A DNA stretch of 53,208 nt from Chlamydiia bacterium (GTDB lineage: Bacteria > Chlamydiota > Chlamydiia > Chlamydiales > Parachlamydiaceae): the NCBI GenBank assembly GCA_038257035.1, contig JBBSJT010000004.1, forward strand, positions 1 to 53,208. The letters are read 5' to 3'. The first letter of the stretch is position 1. Every line of letters starts with the position of its first letter. Below are positions 19,131-28,842 of the stretch, piece after piece. Below the pieces are notes generated by a model. It had not been told where the DNA came from and made no database searches. It saw nothing but the letters and a program-made list of their open reading frames with translations. Both the position numbers and the translations under genes were made by a program.

Positions 19131-19961
19131 ATGAACGATGAACTACCTATCATTACAATTGAAGCTGGCCACACACAAAAAGGATACCTACAAAGTGTCT
19201 ACAAAAGCCGTGAGCTTTTGTACTTTTTAGCATGGCGAGATATTATTGTTCGCTATAAACAAGCATTTTTTGGTATTGCTTGGGCAATTGTCAGACCCTT
19301 GCTTAACATGCTTGCGTTCACTTTAATTTTTAATCGCATCGCCCATCTCGAATCTGAAAATGTCAATTATGCTCTATTTGTGCTTGCAGGGATGTTGCCA
19401 TGGCAGTTTTTCTCAGGCTCTGTCATGGATACAAGCAATTCATTATTGACAAATGCAACCTTGATTACAAAAACCTATTTTCCAAGAGTCATTATTCCCC
19501 TTGCACAGCTTGGGGTGCATTTTCTTGACTTTTCAATTGGATTTATATCTCTTCTTATTCTGATGCCTTTTCTGGGAGCAAGTTTTGGATTGTCTTTGCT
19601 TGCTTTACCGCTATTAATTGTTTTACTTATTATGATTAGCAGTGCGTTTGCTTTTTGGCTCTCCTCAATTACTGTTCAATATCGCGATGTACGCTTTATT
19701 GTTCCTTTTATGGTACAATTTGGTATTTTCATTTCACCGGTCGGCTATTCTAGCAACCTCATTCCTGAAAAGTGGAAATGGCTCTATTTTCTAAATCCAT
19801 TAGTTGGCATCATCGATGGTTTCCGCTTCGCTTTTTTTGGGGTAGCTTCAGCTGATTTCGCTTATTCTCTAGTCACAAGTATTTTTGTCACCCTTGGGCT
19901 ATTTATTAGCGGATATTTTTATTTTTTAAAAAAAGAACGTTACTTTGCAGATCGTATATAA
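19131..19961 (+). CDS. wzm: Polysaccharide ABC transporter permease
   Basis: RDIIVRYKQAFFGIAW, LITKTYFPR, YRDV, LNPL motifs; about 6 TM. Confidence 0.9.
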   Translation: MNDELPIITIEAGHTQKGYLQSVYKSRELLYFLAWRDIIVRYKQAFFGIAWAIVRPLLNMLAFTLIFNRIAHLESENVNYALFVLAGMLPWQFFSGSVMDTSNSLLTNATLITKTYFPRVIIPLAQLGVHFLDFSIGFISLLILMPFLGASFGLSLLALPLLIVLLIMISSAFAFWLSSITVQYRDVRFIVPFMVQFGIFISPVGYSSNLIPEKWKWLYFLNPLVGIIDGFRFAFFGVASADFAYSLVTSIFVTLGLFISGYFYFLKKERYFADRI

Positions 19962-19964
19962 CCT

Positions 19965-21233
19965 ATGAAAAACATGATCGAAACTCACAATTTATCAAAA
20001 AAATACCTGATTTCCAGCAATTCAGAAGAAGGTTATTCAACTCTTGTCGAAACTCTGGCAAGGGCTGCATTTAAATGTTTGCAACGTCTAAAAAACCCAT
20101 TAAAAAAGAAAACGGAAAAGCACAGCACACAAGAATTTTGGGCCTTAAGAGATGTCAACATCGAAATTAAACCAGGAGACCGTGTCGGAATCATCGGAAG
20201 AAACGGTGCGGGCAAATCCACGCTTTTAAAAATTTTATCACGAATTGTTTCGCCATCTTCCGGTCACATTAAAATCCGTGGTAGAGTTGCAAGCCTCCTT
20301 GAAGTTGGCACGGGATTTCATCCGGAACTTACCGGTCGCGAAAATATTTTTTTAAACGGTGCCATCCTAGGGATGGGAAAACATGAAATTATTAAAAAAT
20401 TTGATGAAATCGTCGATTTTTCAGAAGTCGGCAAATTTTTAGATACCCCTGTGAAACGATTTTCCAGCGGAATGATTACCCGTCTTGGATTTGCAATAGC
20501 TGCACACCTTGATCCCGATCTACTGATTGTCGATGAAGTTTTAGCTGTTGGAGATGCCCTTTTTCAGCAAAAATGTTTAAAAAAAATTAATGAGATGGGC
20601 CAACATGGACGCACTGTTATTTTCGTAAGTCATGATGTAGGCTCTATTTTGTCCATTTGTAATAAAGGCATTTATTTGTCCGCTGGTAAAGTGGTTGATC
20701 AAGGGCCGATTGAGGCTTGCGTTAATACTTATATGCGCTCCTACAGCCTGCAAACATTAGATTGGATAGGAGATGTTGGAGATGAGCATATACGCTTCTA
20801 CAAAGCCAGTTTAAGAAGCAACGGCCAACAAAAAGAATTTTTCTATCAAGGTGATCCAACAAAACTTGAAATTGAATATGAAGTTTTAAAACAGACAAAA
20901 GATTTAAATCTTGGCATTGGCATTTGGAACCAGCGCAATCAATTGATTGCAAGAAGTTATACGACCGATGATATCCTCAACCATCAAAGCTACATTAAAA
21001 AGGGTAAACATAAACTTACCTTGAATATTGATTCAGGTATTTTCCATGAAGGTGACTATTTAATAAAAATTGATTGTGGTTTGCATAACAGCAAAAACAT
21101 CATTTCAGATTCCATTGTTTTAAAATATCCGATCTATGTAATGGACAAAAGCACGCGCGATGGACATCTATCTGATCGTGATGGTATTTTTCTTGGAAAA
21201 AATTGGGACTTGGTCTCCTCAGAGGTTAATTAA
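19965..21233 (+). CDS. wzt: Polysaccharide ABC transporter ATPase with C-terminal Wzt domain
   Basis: GRNGAGKST, GFHPELTGREN, FSSGM, LIVDEVLAVGD plus ~160-aa C-terminal extension. Confidence 0.92.
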   Translation: MKNMIETHNLSKKYLISSNSEEGYSTLVETLARAAFKCLQRLKNPLKKKTEKHSTQEFWALRDVNIEIKPGDRVGIIGRNGAGKSTLLKILSRIVSPSSGHIKIRGRVASLLEVGTGFHPELTGRENIFLNGAILGMGKHEIIKKFDEIVDFSEVGKFLDTPVKRFSSGMITRLGFAIAAHLDPDLLIVDEVLAVGDALFQQKCLKKINEMGQHGRTVIFVSHDVGSILSICNKGIYLSAGKVVDQGPIEACVNTYMRSYSLQTLDWIGDVGDEHIRFYKASLRSNGQQKEFFYQGDPTKLEIEYEVLKQTKDLNLGIGIWNQRNQLIARSYTTDDILNHQSYIKKGKHKLTLNIDSGIFHEGDYLIKIDCGLHNSKNIISDSIVLKYPIYVMDKSTRDGHLSDRDGIFLGKNWDLVSSEVN

Positions 21234-21237
21234 TTTT

Positions 21238-22215
21238 ATGGATCAAAATCTTGAAACAATTGATGTCTTGATGGCTACCTACAATGGTGAAAAATACATT
21301 GATGCCCAAATTCAATCCCTTTTAAATCAAACACATCAAAATTTTTGTCTCTACATTTGCGATGATCATTCCAAAGATAATACAAAAGCTATTATTGAAA
21401 AATATGCAGCAAAATATCCTGAAAAAATAAAAATTATTGTATCCGAAAAAAATCTTGGGGCCATTCAAAATTTTTCATTTTTATTAAATCACTCTACGAA
21501 TCACTCAACGGCTGATTATGTGATGTTTGCAGATCAAGATGATATATGGATAAATGATAAGATTGAAAAATCACTTGCCAAAATGAAACATCTTGAAAAA
21601 GTGCATGGAAAAGGGTTACCACTGCTTGTCCATACAGATCTTACAGTAGTTGACCAAAATCTGAAGGTTTTGGGTAATTCCTTTTGGAAGTACACAAACT
21701 TAAAACCTTTTTCCTTTCATACCACAAACCGCTTTTTGGTTCAAAACGTGGTCACCGGCTGCACTATGATGCTGAACCGGCAATTATGTCAATTATCACT
21801 TCCTGTTCCAAGTGAAGCTATAATGCATGATTGGTGGATTGCTCTTACGGCTGCAACTTTTGGCAAAATCGGTATTGTAAACGAACCTACTATTTTATAC
21901 CGTCAGCATGGCTCTAATACATTAGGAGCCAAGAAATTTAAACTTTTTTCAACTCTAAAAGATCGGTTTATCGCTTATTGTAAAAAGGACCGAACTTTGC
22001 AAAATAAAATGAATGCAAGGCAAACACAAGCAAAAGCCTTTTTTGAACGTTTTCAAACTCAACTTAAATGTAATGATCAGCTTATGTTTAATGATTACCT
22101 AAACTTTCAAAATCACTCGTTCTTAAAAAAACGAATAATTGTAGTTAAGCATGGGTTTTATCGCAGCGAATGGGTCATCAATTGTGCCCTTTTTGTGATG
22201 GGAGTCAAACCTTAA
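21238..22215 (+). CDS. GT2 glycosyltransferase (rhamnosyltransferase-like)
   Basis: LMATYNGEKYI, FADQDDIW, VTGCTM, MHDWW, YRQHGSN. Confidence 0.9.
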   Translation: MDQNLETIDVLMATYNGEKYIDAQIQSLLNQTHQNFCLYICDDHSKDNTKAIIEKYAAKYPEKIKIIVSEKNLGAIQNFSFLLNHSTNHSTADYVMFADQDDIWINDKIEKSLAKMKHLEKVHGKGLPLLVHTDLTVVDQNLKVLGNSFWKYTNLKPFSFHTTNRFLVQNVVTGCTMMLNRQLCQLSLPVPSEAIMHDWWIALTAATFGKIGIVNEPTILYRQHGSNTLGAKKFKLFSTLKDRFIAYCKKDRTLQNKMNARQTQAKAFFERFQTQLKCNDQLMFNDYLNFQNHSFLKKRIIVVKHGFYRSEWVINCALFVMGVKP

Positions 22216-22217
22216 AA

Positions 22218-23501
22218 ATGAATGATGGCAGTTTTACCATCAACCTGACTAAATTAAAAAATTTATCTTTTTTGATCTTTTATTTTTCCATGATTTTTGT
22301 TGGGCTAATGATGCCCTCAGATGGAAACCATGGTATCTTTACTCCCAAAAGTTTATCCTTTTTAGGAAGTATCTTTTTTTTTTCCATTTTAGTCTTATCA
22401 AGTAAAAAAATGAGTTTGTATCAGCTTAAAACTTGGATTTTTACAAGTTTCCTCATGAGTTTTTTACTTTTATGGCTTTTTATTGGGTCTACTGAGAATT
22501 TCTCTCATCCAACAGCTCCGCTTGATCAATTTAAAATTTTTCTGATTACCATTTCCTTTGTGATCATGACTCTTTACACATGTGATGCAGGCCTCATTAA
22601 AGATGAAAACTTAATCAAAACAATGATTTTTGTAAATTTTGGTTACTCCTGCCTAAAACTTATTCTCATCATTCTTCATGTCTTAAATTTTATCAATATG
22701 TTCGCACTTATGGAAACAATGGACATGCGTTTTATGAGCATGGAAATGGCATCAGGTTTTTCAAGGTTTCAAACCTCAGTTGATATCGTCACCCCCTTCT
22801 TTATTCTTTTTGTACTGCAATCTGATGCTTTAAACTTGAAATTTACCAATAGATTTAAATATTTTTATTGTTTTATCTCAACAATTTCAATCATCTTTAG
22901 TTTCTCAAGATTTTTAATGGCAGTCGCTGCTTGCAGCGCCTTTTTTTATTGGTTGACTCTTAATAAAAAAGCTCTTCTAAAAGGGATATTTATCTTTTTT
23001 GCTTTATTTGCAGCGTTTATTTTGATCATTGGTATTGATAATTTTCTGACAATTATTGAAAGACGATTTTTTAGTAATGACAATTACTATTCTGATCTAA
23101 CACGTACACAGCAAATTGATGCCTTAATGGAGCAATTTTATATAAGTCCCTATTTTGGAATGGGTCTTGGAGGCTATGTTAAAGATTTTCTTCGCGACAC
23201 TTCAATAGTATATTCTTATGAGGTACAATGGATTGCCTTTCTTATGCAATTTGGACTTTTTGGGATGATTTTTTTACTAGTCCCTGTTTTATTCATCTGC
23301 TTACAATTTTTAAAACCGCCCATCACACGGGTAAATCTTTCCTTTCTTGCCTTATTTATTGTTTGGTTAATGTCAGGATTTACCAATCCTTTTCTTATCT
23401 CCCTTGCAAGCGGGATTATTTATTCCATCTTCCTCTTAGCCGCGCGCCTTTTGAGGTATACACCTGTTATTTTTAACACAGAGAACACAGAGGAGCAATG
23501 A
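22218..23501 (+). CDS. O-antigen polymerase/ligase-like (Wzy/WaaL) membrane protein
   Basis: About 11-12 TM segments; FSFSR, PYFGMGLG and FLMQFGLFG motifs; located in a polysaccharide operon. Confidence 0.7.
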   Translation: MNDGSFTINLTKLKNLSFLIFYFSMIFVGLMMPSDGNHGIFTPKSLSFLGSIFFFSILVLSSKKMSLYQLKTWIFTSFLMSFLLLWLFIGSTENFSHPTAPLDQFKIFLITISFVIMTLYTCDAGLIKDENLIKTMIFVNFGYSCLKLILIILHVLNFINMFALMETMDMRFMSMEMASGFSRFQTSVDIVTPFFILFVLQSDALNLKFTNRFKYFYCFISTISIIFSFSRFLMAVAACSAFFYWLTLNKKALLKGIFIFFALFAAFILIIGIDNFLTIIERRFFSNDNYYSDLTRTQQIDALMEQFYISPYFGMGLGGYVKDFLRDTSIVYSYEVQWIAFLMQFGLFGMIFLLVPVLFICLQFLKPPITRVNLSFLALFIVWLMSGFTNPFLISLASGIIYSIFLLAARLLRYTPVIFNTENTEEQ

Positions 23502-23514
23502 GAGGATTGAGAGG
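23466..23514. repeat. Left arm of a CACAGAG family (E) inverted repeat; partner at 24627-24677
   Basis: TTTTTAACACAGAGAACACAGAGGAGCAATGAGAGGATTGAGAGG. Confidence 0.8.
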
Positions 23515-23533
23515 AAGGAGAGGATGAATTTAA

Positions 23534-23606
23534 TTTGTACCTTAGGCTTTAGCCTGAGCTTTTTCAACGGTTTTGAACAAACTCAGGCTAAAGCCTAAGG
23601 TACAAA
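23534..23606. repeat. REP-like inverted doublet (REPIN-like)
   Basis: TTTGTACCTTAGGCTTTAGCCTGAG and its exact reverse complement at 23582-23606; each arm is itself a small hairpin. Confidence 0.85.
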
Positions 23607-23646
23607 GTTAACATCCGGAATAATTCTTTCATATACGACCGTTAAC

Positions 23647-24438
23647 TCATTTTAGATCGCGTATGGCCACAACGCCGATATTGTAACGTGCTTGATCTTT
23701 ATGGATGATAAAACTTAGAGGCGGAAAATTACCGGTTATCGAAAAGTAATTATCTCTCCTTTCTAAACTATATGCGTAAGTTACTGAATCATGAAATAAG
23801 TGATTTTTTGATCTTAAATACTCATTAATAATGCAAATATTAATTTCAGATAGCGTTGGAATCCTGTAACCGTGTTGCAGATTTTCAACCAAAATTTCAT
23901 TCTGTGTGTAAGTTTTGTCAAGGCTATTGGGAATGATTTTTTTTGTCATGAATACCCAGCCTGATTTAATAGGTTTTGATATATCAGAAAAATTAAAACA
24001 ATTAGTACCATTTAAAAGTAAAGTTCCAACTTGTTCGTTTAATTGACGAAGATTCCAAATGCTTGACTCCTTTCCATTAATGCTTTCAGGAATCCATGCC
24101 AAAACATGATTATCCATGATTCTAGAATCTGGAAATACAGGGCAAGGACTTTTTAAAATTTCACTGATTTTATTAGGTAATAAATGAAATGCTTTTTTCA
24201 ATTCTTTGTCGGTGCAAAAATGATTCCAAACACTCGTGCAAAATCTATCAAAAATGATTTTCTTTGTCAGATCTATATCATTAGCCCATTGCTTACTTGC
24301 TAAAGAGAATTTTTGAAGCTCTTTAAAATCCAATTTAAGAAAAATCTCTCGGATCACATCATCCGGCAAAATCACTTTCTCTACACTCTCGACTTTTCCC
24401 CAATTCGTTCCAAAAGCCGTATCAAAACCCCTAATCAT
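23647..24438 (-). CDS. F-box-like protein with C-terminal domain paralogous to 38530-39420
   Basis: LPDDVIREIFLKLDFKELQKFSLASKQW; shared LP..I.EI.KS.C...P, H..WIP, G.W..M...I.P.S, P...E..ICI, IG....R motifs. Confidence 0.75.
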   Translation of the reverse strand: MIRGFDTAFGTNWGKVESVEKVILPDDVIREIFLKLDFKELQKFSLASKQWANDIDLTKKIIFDRFCTSVWNHFCTDKELKKAFHLLPNKISEILKSPCPVFPDSRIMDNHVLAWIPESINGKESSIWNLRQLNEQVGTLLLNGTNCFNFSDISKPIKSGWVFMTKKIIPNSLDKTYTQNEILVENLQHGYRIPTLSEINICIINEYLRSKNHLFHDSVTYAYSLERRDNYFSITGNFPPLSFIIHKDQARYNIGVVAIRDLK

Positions 24439-24469
24439 CTAACCCCAAACATTATTTATCTAAACTATA

Positions 24470-24603
24470 AGATTTTTTCAACGCAAAGAAGCTGCAGAAG
24501 ACGCAAAGGCGCAAAGATAAAAGGAACCCTTAGCTTACAAAAGCCTTTATTAAATTCTTTGCGCCTTTGCGTCTTTTGTAGCTTCTTTGCGTTGAAAAAA
24601 TCT
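24470..24603. repeat. Long inverted-repeat element, ACGCA(A/G)AG family (C)
   Basis: AGATTTTTTCAACGCAAAGAAGCTGCAGAAGACGCAAAGGCGCAAAGA ... TCTTTGCGCCTTTGCGTCTTTTGTAGCTTCTTTGCGTTGAAAAAATCT. Confidence 0.9.
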
Positions 24604-24626
24604 CAAATTTCTAAGCCCTCTTTTCG

Positions 24627-24677
24627 CCTCTCCCTTCTCTCATTGTTCCTCTGTGGTCTCTCGTGTTAAAAAATCAC
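24627..24677. repeat. Right arm of the CACAGAG family (E) inverted repeat
   Basis: CCTCTCCCTTCTCTCATTGTTCCTCTGTGGTCTCTCGTGTTAAAAAATCAC, reverse-complementary (imperfect) to 23466-23514. Confidence 0.8.
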
Positions 24678-24687
24678 GGAATATTGA

Positions 24688-26190
24688 TTAACTTAACGCT
24701 TTGAAGGCATTCGGGAAATGACGAATGATGTCAGACGCCATCATGCAATAGGAACCCTTTTCGTAGGCGGCACTTTCACCCCCAATTCCATGCAAAAATG
24801 TACCCAGAATAGCCGCAGCCTCACAAGACAGTTTTTGTGATAGCAATGAAGCTAGCAACCCTGTCAATACATCTCCACTACCGGCTGTTGCCATTCCCGG
24901 ATCCCCTGTGATATTAATATGGATGGGGTCTTCAGGAAAAAAGATAAATGTCGGGCCACCTTTTAAAATAAGTGTCACCTTCTTTATTTTGGCAAATGCT
25001 TCGCACTTTTCTATAAATTCCAGATCAAGCTTTTGTTTGGTTTTACAGTTCAGTAAACGCTCCATCTCTCCTTTATGCGGGGTTAAGATGGCCTCTTTTG
25101 GCAACGCAATTTTATATGCGCTCAAAATATTTAGCGCGTCGGCATCAATGACGCAAGGTCGTTCTATTTTGGGGAGTATTTTTCTAAAAAGATTAACAGT
25201 ATTGTCATCTATCCCTAAGCCTGGGCCTATAAAAACGGCATTTGCCTTATTCAATCCCTCAATAAGCATTTTATGGTCTGTATCGGCATAAGGAATTTTA
25301 ATTAGCTCAAATGGGGCTGCAGACAATTCATTTTGCATGTTTTCAGGGTAATAAAGTTTAACGATACCGCTTCCGGCAGAAAGAGCTGACAAGCTCGATA
25401 AAATAGCAGCACCGCTCATTCCTTTAGAGCCTGCAAGCGCTGCAACAAAACCCGCTTCATATTTGTTACGATTCGGTTTGATCTCAGGCATCAGAGCCTT
25501 TGCTATGTTAAATTCGATCATGTACAAATCGGCTTTTGCTTCTTTAACAGCTTTAAAGGGCAGTCCAAAATCTACATAGCGCAATTTTCCAATGTAATTC
25601 CATCCATCATTTAAGAAAAATCCGGGTTTTGGAAAGCATAAAAAGGCTGTTTCTTTTGCAATAATTGTTTGGGGAGAAGCTTCTCCTGTTTCACCATTTA
25701 AGCCGGAAGGAATATCTATCGCAATAACAGGTAATTTGGAATGATTCACTTTAAATATAATTGAGCTTAAAAGCTCATTGATTTGCCCTTTAAATCCTGT
25801 ACCAAAGATACCATCTAAAATAAGACCGTTTATCGGCAATGCAAGATCATTAGCCGATAAAATTTCACGAACGAGTCCACCCTCATTAAAAAATCTTGTT
25901 TGGTTCATTTGGCAAAGTGCTGAACATTCCTTGAAAGGCATCAATTGCAAGGCATCAACACTATAGCCCATATTTAAAAGATATATACCTGCAGCATAAG
26001 CATCGCCGGCATTATTTCCTTTTCCACATAAAAGCACGACGTGCTTGATCAGATCATTGCGTTCAATATAGGCATGGGCTATTTGGGCAACTTGACGGCC
26101 TGCCTCTTCCATAAAATCTTTTTCCATGGAGCCTTGAAGAACAGCTTTGGCCTCAATTTTGGCCATTTCTTTTGATGATATAATTTTCAT
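24688..26190 (-). CDS. nnr: Bifunctional NAD(P)H-hydrate epimerase/dehydratase
   Basis: CGKGNNAGD, DGIFGTG, IDIPSG, IGPGLG, VIDADAL, LTPHKGE, MATAGSGDVLTG. Confidence 0.93.
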   Translation of the reverse strand: MKIISSKEMAKIEAKAVLQGSMEKDFMEEAGRQVAQIAHAYIERNDLIKHVVLLCGKGNNAGDAYAAGIYLLNMGYSVDALQLMPFKECSALCQMNQTRFFNEGGLVREILSANDLALPINGLILDGIFGTGFKGQINELLSSIIFKVNHSKLPVIAIDIPSGLNGETGEASPQTIIAKETAFLCFPKPGFFLNDGWNYIGKLRYVDFGLPFKAVKEAKADLYMIEFNIAKALMPEIKPNRNKYEAGFVAALAGSKGMSGAAILSSLSALSAGSGIVKLYYPENMQNELSAAPFELIKIPYADTDHKMLIEGLNKANAVFIGPGLGIDDNTVNLFRKILPKIERPCVIDADALNILSAYKIALPKEAILTPHKGEMERLLNCKTKQKLDLEFIEKCEAFAKIKKVTLILKGGPTFIFFPEDPIHINITGDPGMATAGSGDVLTGLLASLLSQKLSCEAAAILGTFLHGIGGESAAYEKGSYCMMASDIIRHFPNAFKALS

Positions 26191-27185
26191 AGGTGCTCTT
26201 CCTTGATTTCGCGTTGCATTAAATAATAAACGGCATCTTTTGGTTTCATGCCCTCATAGATGATTTTTTGCACAACTTTTGTGATAGGTAATGAAACGTT
26301 AAGCAGCTTTCCAAGTTGTAGAGTTGATTTACATGTGTAAGCACCCTCAACAACCATTTGGATTTTATCTTTAGCATCTTTTAGACTCAAACCCTCAGCT
26401 AGGAGAAAACCAAATCTATAGTTGCGACTCATACTAGAGCTGCATGTCAAACATAAATCACCCATGCCGGCAAGTCCATAAATAGTTTCTGACTTTGCCC
26501 CGCAAGCAACTGCCAATTTGCGAATTTCATGAAGCCCTCTTGTCATTAATGCAGCTTTTGCACTGGAGCCCATGCCAAGGCCATCAGAAATGCCGCAAGC
26601 AATAGCAATGATATTTTTTAAAGCTCCTCCAAAGGCCACTCCCACAATATCATTATTCGGATAGACGCGAAATGTTGGTGTGTTAAAGGTTTCAGCAAGA
26701 AGCTTGGTCACATCAGAATCAAAGGCCGCACCAACAACTGAGGTTGGTAGGCCTTTGATCACTTCTGTTGCAAAACTTGGGCCACTAAGCAAACCAACAA
26801 GAGGTCTAACTTTTTCCCCTAATACTTCAATAACAACTTCCGGTAAAATTAAACCGCTATTCTGTTCTATCCCTTTAGAGGTAATTATGATGGGGCAAGT
26901 CGGTGTTTTAACACTCAAAACTTGGGAAAAAACAGGTCTAATGCCGGCTGATGTAACAGATTCAACAATCATATCAGCAGAATCGAGCGCTTCTTCCAAA
27001 TTTGTCGTAAATTTCATGTTCTCTTGAGGTCGGCATCCCGGCAAAAATGGATGTTCTTTAAGTTGATTCAAATCTTTTGCAAGATTTTCTTTTGTTGTCC
27101 ATGAAGTCACCTGATACCCTTTTTGACCTAACAGGGAAGCTAGACAAAAGCCAAAACTGCCTATTCCTAAATAACAAATTTTCAT
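26187..27185 (-). CDS. gpsA: NAD(P)H-dependent glycerol-3-phosphate dehydrogenase
   Basis: YLGIGSFG, SKGIE, LSGPSFA, GALKNIIAIA, GLAGMGDL, SRN; start at MKICY. Confidence 0.95.
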   Translation of the reverse strand: MKICYLGIGSFGFCLASLLGQKGYQVTSWTTKENLAKDLNQLKEHPFLPGCRPQENMKFTTNLEEALDSADMIVESVTSAGIRPVFSQVLSVKTPTCPIIITSKGIEQNSGLILPEVVIEVLGEKVRPLVGLLSGPSFATEVIKGLPTSVVGAAFDSDVTKLLAETFNTPTFRVYPNNDIVGVAFGGALKNIIAIACGISDGLGMGSSAKAALMTRGLHEIRKLAVACGAKSETIYGLAGMGDLCLTCSSSMSRNYRFGFLLAEGLSLKDAKDKIQMVVEGAYTCKSTLQLGKLLNVSLPITKVVQKIIYEGMKPKDAVYYLMQREIKEEHL

Positions 27186-27189
27186 AAAA

Positions 27190-28548
27190 CTACTCTTTAA
27201 TATAATGTGTTTGAGGAATTTCTTTTCCTTTCCATTTTTCCAATAATTCATCCGTTGGGTAATAAAATTCTTGAGCAATTTCAAATGGTTGCAAAATAGG
27301 ATCTCGCCTTCCGGTAACGTGACAGATTGTTTCATAATCAAGAAGTTCCATTTGTCTCTGCACTGATTCCAAGGTATGATCACCGATCAAATTTTTTAGA
27401 GGTGAAAAACAATTTTTGCGCAGATATTCAATAACTTCCACATTTTTTGCAAAAGGCAAAACATCAAAGATAAACTTTTCAAACTTCCATCCATTTGGAA
27501 AGTCAGGCTTTTTGGTCTTTTTTGAATCAAAATAAGCCACTTTTTTAAAAGCCTTATGGTAGGGCAAAGGATCGTCCATATTGGCAATTTTGCTGATAAA
27601 GTTCATAGAAAAAGAAAAAAGACTTATGTTGGCGTACATAAATTTTAACCTCCCTGATTCATCTTTTGCAAAACGATTAAAATCAGACATTTCCGAGTAT
27701 TCAATGACACTTAAAAAACCTGATCTACTGACTAAAACACCGACGCTTTCGCTACTTGAGTCCCTCTTTACGCATTTTATAACAATTTCAGCTTTTTTAC
27801 GAGATTGAAAATCGAGAAGCTTAACATCAAAGGGATCGGCAAGCGGATTATCGATAAGGACATAGTTGACAAATTCTACTCCCTTTTTTAGCCAATCTTC
27901 ATAAATTCCACTTGAAAAAAAAAGTTTAAGCGAATTTCCATTGCCATCCGGTCCTTTTGAAATTGTGTAAGGATTTTCTAAGAAAAGATTTCCTTCCAAA
28001 TCCAAGAAAACCATATTTTTTTGTGAAAAAAATGACAGTTGTGCAGGATTGAGGCCAAAATATTCATTATTTTTGAAAAATTCTTTAATTTCAGCCTCAT
28101 TCTCATTTGATGTCATAATCGCTAATTGTAGCATTTGGTGACTCATTTTTCCTGCAGCTAAGGTTTTTTCTGCAAAAATCTGAAAAAGACTCTTTTTTTT
28201 AACAGAGGAAACTGGAAATGTGCCTTTTGCTTTGTCGTACTGTAGTCTTGTACCTTGTCCGCCGGCAACAATTAAACAGCCGAGCTTGCCTTCACTTAAA
28301 AGCTTTTTTCCCATTTTGTCATCTAGATCATCAGAATGGATCACATGATCGATTGGCTCATAATTATCATCTATCGGATCATCTTTTACAAAGAGCATTG
28401 CTTGTTGTTTTTTAAATATCTCAATGTTCAGTTCATCGATTTGATTAAGTAACAGCCTTTTTTGATTTTCTGTTAGAGAATCATAAAATTCTAGCAGATG
28501 CTCTTGTTTGATCGTCTGTAATTTTAGTTGCGCTTCTGCTTTATCCAT
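27190..28548 (-). CDS. UDPGP-family (UAP1-type) UDP-sugar pyrophosphorylase
   Basis: AGGQGTRL...KG, PDGNG, DNPL, IEYSE, KFEKFIFD, FSPLKN. Confidence 0.9.
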   Translation of the reverse strand: MDKAEAQLKLQTIKQEHLLEFYDSLTENQKRLLLNQIDELNIEIFKKQQAMLFVKDDPIDDNYEPIDHVIHSDDLDDKMGKKLLSEGKLGCLIVAGGQGTRLQYDKAKGTFPVSSVKKKSLFQIFAEKTLAAGKMSHQMLQLAIMTSNENEAEIKEFFKNNEYFGLNPAQLSFFSQKNMVFLDLEGNLFLENPYTISKGPDGNGNSLKLFFSSGIYEDWLKKGVEFVNYVLIDNPLADPFDVKLLDFQSRKKAEIVIKCVKRDSSSESVGVLVSRSGFLSVIEYSEMSDFNRFAKDESGRLKFMYANISLFSFSMNFISKIANMDDPLPYHKAFKKVAYFDSKKTKKPDFPNGWKFEKFIFDVLPFAKNVEVIEYLRKNCFSPLKNLIGDHTLESVQRQMELLDYETICHVTGRRDPILQPFEIAQEFYYPTDELLEKWKGKEIPQTHYIKE

Positions 28549-28591
28549 CTTAATCCTTTAATGTAAACCATTGCAAGTTCAGCTTTTCTGA

Positions 28592-28697
28592 TTTTTTACC
28601 AGTGAGTCAGTGAGAAAGACATGAGGACAGTGAGGGGTCTTGAATTCCTAACCCCTCACTGTCCTCATGTCTTTCTCACTGACTCACTGGTAAAAAA
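28592..28697. repeat. Long inverted-repeat element, CAGTGAG family (D)
   Basis: Perfect 47-bp arms 28592-28638 / 28651-28697 with a 12-nt loop. Confidence 0.95.
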
Positions 28698-28842
28698 ATA
28701 TTAATCGTACTCTTTTCAAATTTTATGGCAGAATATCACTCTTGTTGTTTTTTCTCGACTAAAAATTAAAGAATGATAAATTATGACTAGTAATTAAATT
28801 TAATAACATGTATAATAAGTATTTAATTAAAGATGGAATAAT

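Noticed and set aside
27186..27383. N-terminal extension of gpsA in the ORF track
   Set aside because: Overlaps the upstream gene; the Rossmann motif begins right after the ATG at 27185. The same reasoning applies to the extensions of prmA, GT2 and the wzy-like gene
27190..28548. Novel eukaryotic gene transfer (UAP1-like enzyme)
   Set aside because: This enzyme type next to gpsA is a known conserved chlamydial arrangement
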